Part shown: in pieces, positions 60,101 through 64,000 of the stretch
How positions within the stretch are numbered: position 1 is the first letter of the stretch
How the letters are laid out: the number at the start of each line of letters is the position of its first letter
NCBI GenBank assembly: GCA_040954595.2
Contig: CM082583.2
Span: 5,080,749-5,144,748 of the forward strand
Origin: Balanoglossus misakiensis
Taxonomy: Eukaryota; Animalia; Hemichordata
Direction: 5' to 3'
Length of the DNA stretch: 64,000 nucleotides
Translations under genes and position numbers: made by a program
The notes under the pieces: generated by a model
What the model was told of the DNA's origin: nothing
The model's database searches: none
The model's input: only the letters and a program-made list of their open reading frames with translations

Positions 60101-63100
60101 TAGCTCATGAAAATCATCCAAAAATGACAATTTTTCGACTTTGCGAAACTTCAAAATTTCTTCATTTTTTGATAAAAATCATGGGTTATAGCTCATGAAA
60201 ATCATCCAAAAAAGACAATTTTTCGACTTTGCGAAACATCAAAATTTCTTCATTTTTGATAAAAATCATGGGTTATAGCTCATGAAAATCATCCAAAAAT
60301 GACAATTTTTCGACTTTGCGAAACTTCAAAATTTCTTCATTTTTTGATAAAAATCATGGGTTATAGCTCATGAAAATCATCCAAAAATGACAATTTTTCG
60401 ACTTTGCGAAACATCAAAATTTCTTCATTTTTTGATAAAAATCATGGGTTATAGCTCATGAAAATCATCCAAAAATGACAATTTTTCGACTTTGCGAAAC
60501 ATCAAAATTTCTTCATTTTTGATAAAAATCATGGGTTATAGCTCATGAAAATCATCCAAAAATGACAATTTTTCGACTTTGCGAAACATCAAAATTTCTT
60601 CATTTTTTGATAAAAATCATGGGTTATAGCTCATGAAAATCATCCAAAAATGACAATTTTTCGACTTTGCGAAACTTCAAAATTTCTTCATTTTTGATAA
60701 AAATCATGGGTTATAGCTCATGAAAATCATCCAAAAATGACAATTTTTCGACTTTGCGAAACTTCAAAATTTCTTCATTTTTTGATAAAAATCATGGGTT
60801 ATAGCTCATGAAAATCATCCAAAAATGACAATTTTTCGACTTTGCGAAACTTCAAAATTTCTTCATTTTTTGATAAAAATCATGGGTTATAGCTCATGAA
60901 AATCATCCAAAAATGACAATTTTTCGACTTTGCGAAACTTCAAAATTTCTTCATTTTTTGATAAAAATCATGGGTTATAGCTCATGAAAATCATCCAAAA
61001 ATGACAATTTTTCGACTTTGCGAAACTTCAAAATTTCTTCATTTTTTGATAAAAATCATGGGTTATAGCTCATGAAAATCATCCAAAAATGACAATTTTT
61101 CGACTTTGCGAAACTTCAAAATTTCTTCATTTTTTGATAAAAATCATGGGTTATAGCTCATGAAAATCATCCAAAAATGACAATTTTTCGACTTTGCGAA
61201 ACTTCAAAATTTCTTCATTTTTTGATAAAAATCATGGGTTATAGCTCATGAAAATCATCCAAAAATGACAATTTTTCGACTTTGCGAAACTTCAAAATTT
61301 CTTCATTTTTTGATAAAAATCATGGTTATAGCTCATGAAAATCATCCAAAAATGACAATTTTTCGACTTTGCGAAACTTCAAAATTTCTTCATTTTTTGA
61401 TAAAAATCATGGGTTATAGCTCATGAAAATCATCCAAAAATGACAATTTTTCGACTTTGCGAAACTTCAAAATTTCTTCATTTTTTGATAAAAATCATGG
61501 GTTATAGCTCATGAAAATCATCCAAAAATGACAATTTTTCGACTTTGCGAAACTTCAAAATTTCTTCATTTTTTGATAAAAATCATGGGTTATAGCTCAT
61601 GAAAATCATCCAAAAATGACAATTTTTCGACTTTGCGAAACTTCAAAATTTCTTCATTTTTTGATAAAAATCATGGGTTATAGCTCATGAAAAATCATCC
61701 AAAAATGACAATTTTTCGACTTTGCGAAACATCAAAATTTTTTATTTTTTGATAAAAATCATGGGTTATAGCTCATGAAAATCATCCAAAAATGATAATT
61801 TTTCGACTTTGCGAAACTTCAAAATTTCTTCATTTTTTGATAAAAATCATGGGTTATAGCTCATGAAAATCATCCAAAAATGACAATTTTTCGACTTTGC
61901 GAAACATCAAAATTTCTTCATTTTTTGATAAAAATCATGGGTTATAGCTCATGAAAATCATCCAAAATTGACAAAAATTTCGACTTTGCGAAACATCAAA
62001 ATTTCTTCATTTTTTGATAAAAATCATGGGTTATAGCTCATGAAAATCATCCAAAAATGACAAAATTTCGACTTAGCGAAACTTCAAAATTTCTTCATTT
62101 TTTGATAAAAATCATGGGTTATAGCTCATGAAAATCATCCAAAAATGACAATTTTTCGACTTTGCGAAACTTCAAAATTTCTTCATTTTTTGATAAAAAT
62201 CATGGGTTATAGCTCATGAAAATCATCCAAAAATGACAATTTTTCGACTTTGCGAAACATTCAAAATTTCTTCATTTTTTGATAAAAATCATGGGTTATA
62301 GCTCATGAAAATCATCCAAAAATGACAATTTTTCGACTTTGCGAAACTTCAAAATTTCTTCATTTTTTGATAAAAATCATGGGTTATAGCTCATGAAAAT
62401 CATCCAAAAATGACAATTTTTCGACTTTGCGAAACTTCAAAATTTCTTCATTTTTTGATAAAAATCATGGGTTATAGCTCATGAAAATCATCCAAAAATG
62501 AGAATTTTTCGACTTTGCGAAACTTCAAAATTTCTTCATTTTTCGATAAAAATCATGGGTTATAGCTCATGAAAATCATCCAAAAATGAGAATTTTTCGA
62601 CTTTGCGAAACTTCAAAATTTCTTCATTTTTTGATAAAATCATGGGTTATAGCTCATGAAAATCATCCAAAAATGACAATTTTTCGACTTTGCGAAACTT
62701 CAAAATTTCTTCATTTTTTGATAAAAATCATGGGTTATAGCTCATGAAAATCATCCAAAAAATGACAATTTTTCGACTTTGCGAAACTTCAAAATTTCTT
62801 CATTTTTTGATAAAAATCATGGGTTATAGCTCATGAAAATCATCCAAAAATGACAATTTTTCGACTTTGCGAAACTTCAAAATTTCTTCATTTTTTGATA
62901 AAAATCATGGGTTATAGCTCATGAAAATCATCCAAAAATGACAATTTTTCGACTTTGCGAAACTTCAAAATTTCTTCATTTTTTGATAAAAATCATGGGT
63001 TATAGCTCATGAAAATCATCCAAAAAATGACAATTTTTCGACTTTGCGAAACTTCAAAATTTCTTCATTTTTTGATAAAAATCATGGGTTATAGCTCATG

Positions 63101-64000
63101 AAAATCATCCAAAAATGACAATTTTTCGACTTTGCGAAACTTCAAAATTTCTTCATTTTTTGATAAAAATCATGGGTTATAGCTCATGAAAATCATCCAA
63201 AAATGACAATTTTTCGACTTTGCGAAACTTCAAAATTTCTTCATTTTTTGATAAAAATCATGGGTTATAGCTCATGAAAATCATCCAAAAATGACAATTT
63301 TCGACTTTGCGAAACTTCAAAATTTCTTCATTTTTTGATAAAAATCATGGGTTATAGCTCATGAAAATCATCCAAAAATGACAATTTTTCGACTTTGCGA
63401 AACTTCAAAATTTCTTCATTTTTTGATAAAAATCATGGGTTATAGCTCATGAAAATCATCCAAAAATGACAATTTTTCGACTTTGCGAAACTTCAAAATT
63501 TCTTCATTTTTTGATAAAAATCATGGGTTATAGCTCATGAAAATCATCCAAAAATGACAATTTTTCGACTTTGCGAAACTTCAAAATTTCTTCATTTTTT
63601 GATAAAAATCATGGGTTATAGCTCATGAAAATCATCCAAAAATGACAATTTTTCGACTTTGCGAAACATCAAAATTTCTTCATTTTTTGATAAAAATCAT
63701 GGGTTATAGCTCATGAAAATCATCCAAAAATGACAATTTTTCGACTTTGCGAAACTTCAAAATTTCTTCATTTTTTGATAAAAATCATGGGTTATAGCTC
63801 ATGAAAATCATCCAAAAATGACAATTTTTCGACTTTGCGAAACATCAAAATTAAATGGTCTCCAAAATGATAATTTTCGACTTTCTTCATTTTTTGATAA
63901 AATTCATGGGTTATAGCTCATGAAAATCATCCAAAAATGACAATTTTTCGACTTTGCGAAACATCAAAATTTCTTCATTTTTTGATAAAAATCATGGGTT
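54146..64000. repeat. 88-bp tandem satellite, about 112 copies, continuing past the window end
   Basis: Consensus CAATTTTTCGACTTTGCGAAACTTCAAAATTTCTTCATTTTTTGATAAAAATCATGGGTTATAGCTCATGAAAATCATCCAAAAATGA. Units start at 54147, 54235 and onward (54411, 54499). Head-to-tail with no spacers; most copies are 0-2 changes from consensus. Confidence 0.99.

Noticed and set aside
54146-64000. CRISPR array
   Set aside because: Units are contiguous with no unique spacers, there are no cas genes, and the context is eukaryotic.

Overview
Animal (not microbial) genomic DNA, most likely an invertebrate deuterostome. The LBD residues (DGRFDGHS, LRMx[13 protein letters not shown]) look ambulacrarian, and a hemichordate is my best guess (inference). 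One protein-coding gene is supported: a COUP-TF/seven-up nuclear receptor (NR2F1/2 type) on the + strand with three coding exons (27846-28338, 28597-29118, 33054-33328; 1290 nt, 429 aa) joined by two phase-1 GT-AG introns. It lies in an apparent gene desert (about 27 kb upstream, about 20 kb downstream) that looks CpG-rich and carries microsatellites and paired nuclear-receptor half-sites. From about 54146 to the window end is a very homogeneous 88-bp AT-rich tandem satellite (about 112 copies, truncated by the edge). Best leads: (1) a COUP-type DR1 abutting a TATA-like box in the gene's own promoter, plus further DR/IR elements across the locus; (2) a candidate 5'-UTR intron hiding a strong-Kozak overlapping uORF; (3) three sequence-encoded routes to truncated receptor isoforms, one matching the Drosophila svp type-2 read-through as I recall it; (4) a satellite monomer that is a nested imperfect palindrome with incipient higher-order repeats. 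All motif and isoform calls were made by eye and are hypotheses. No CRISPR, rRNA, tRNA or transposase was recognised.
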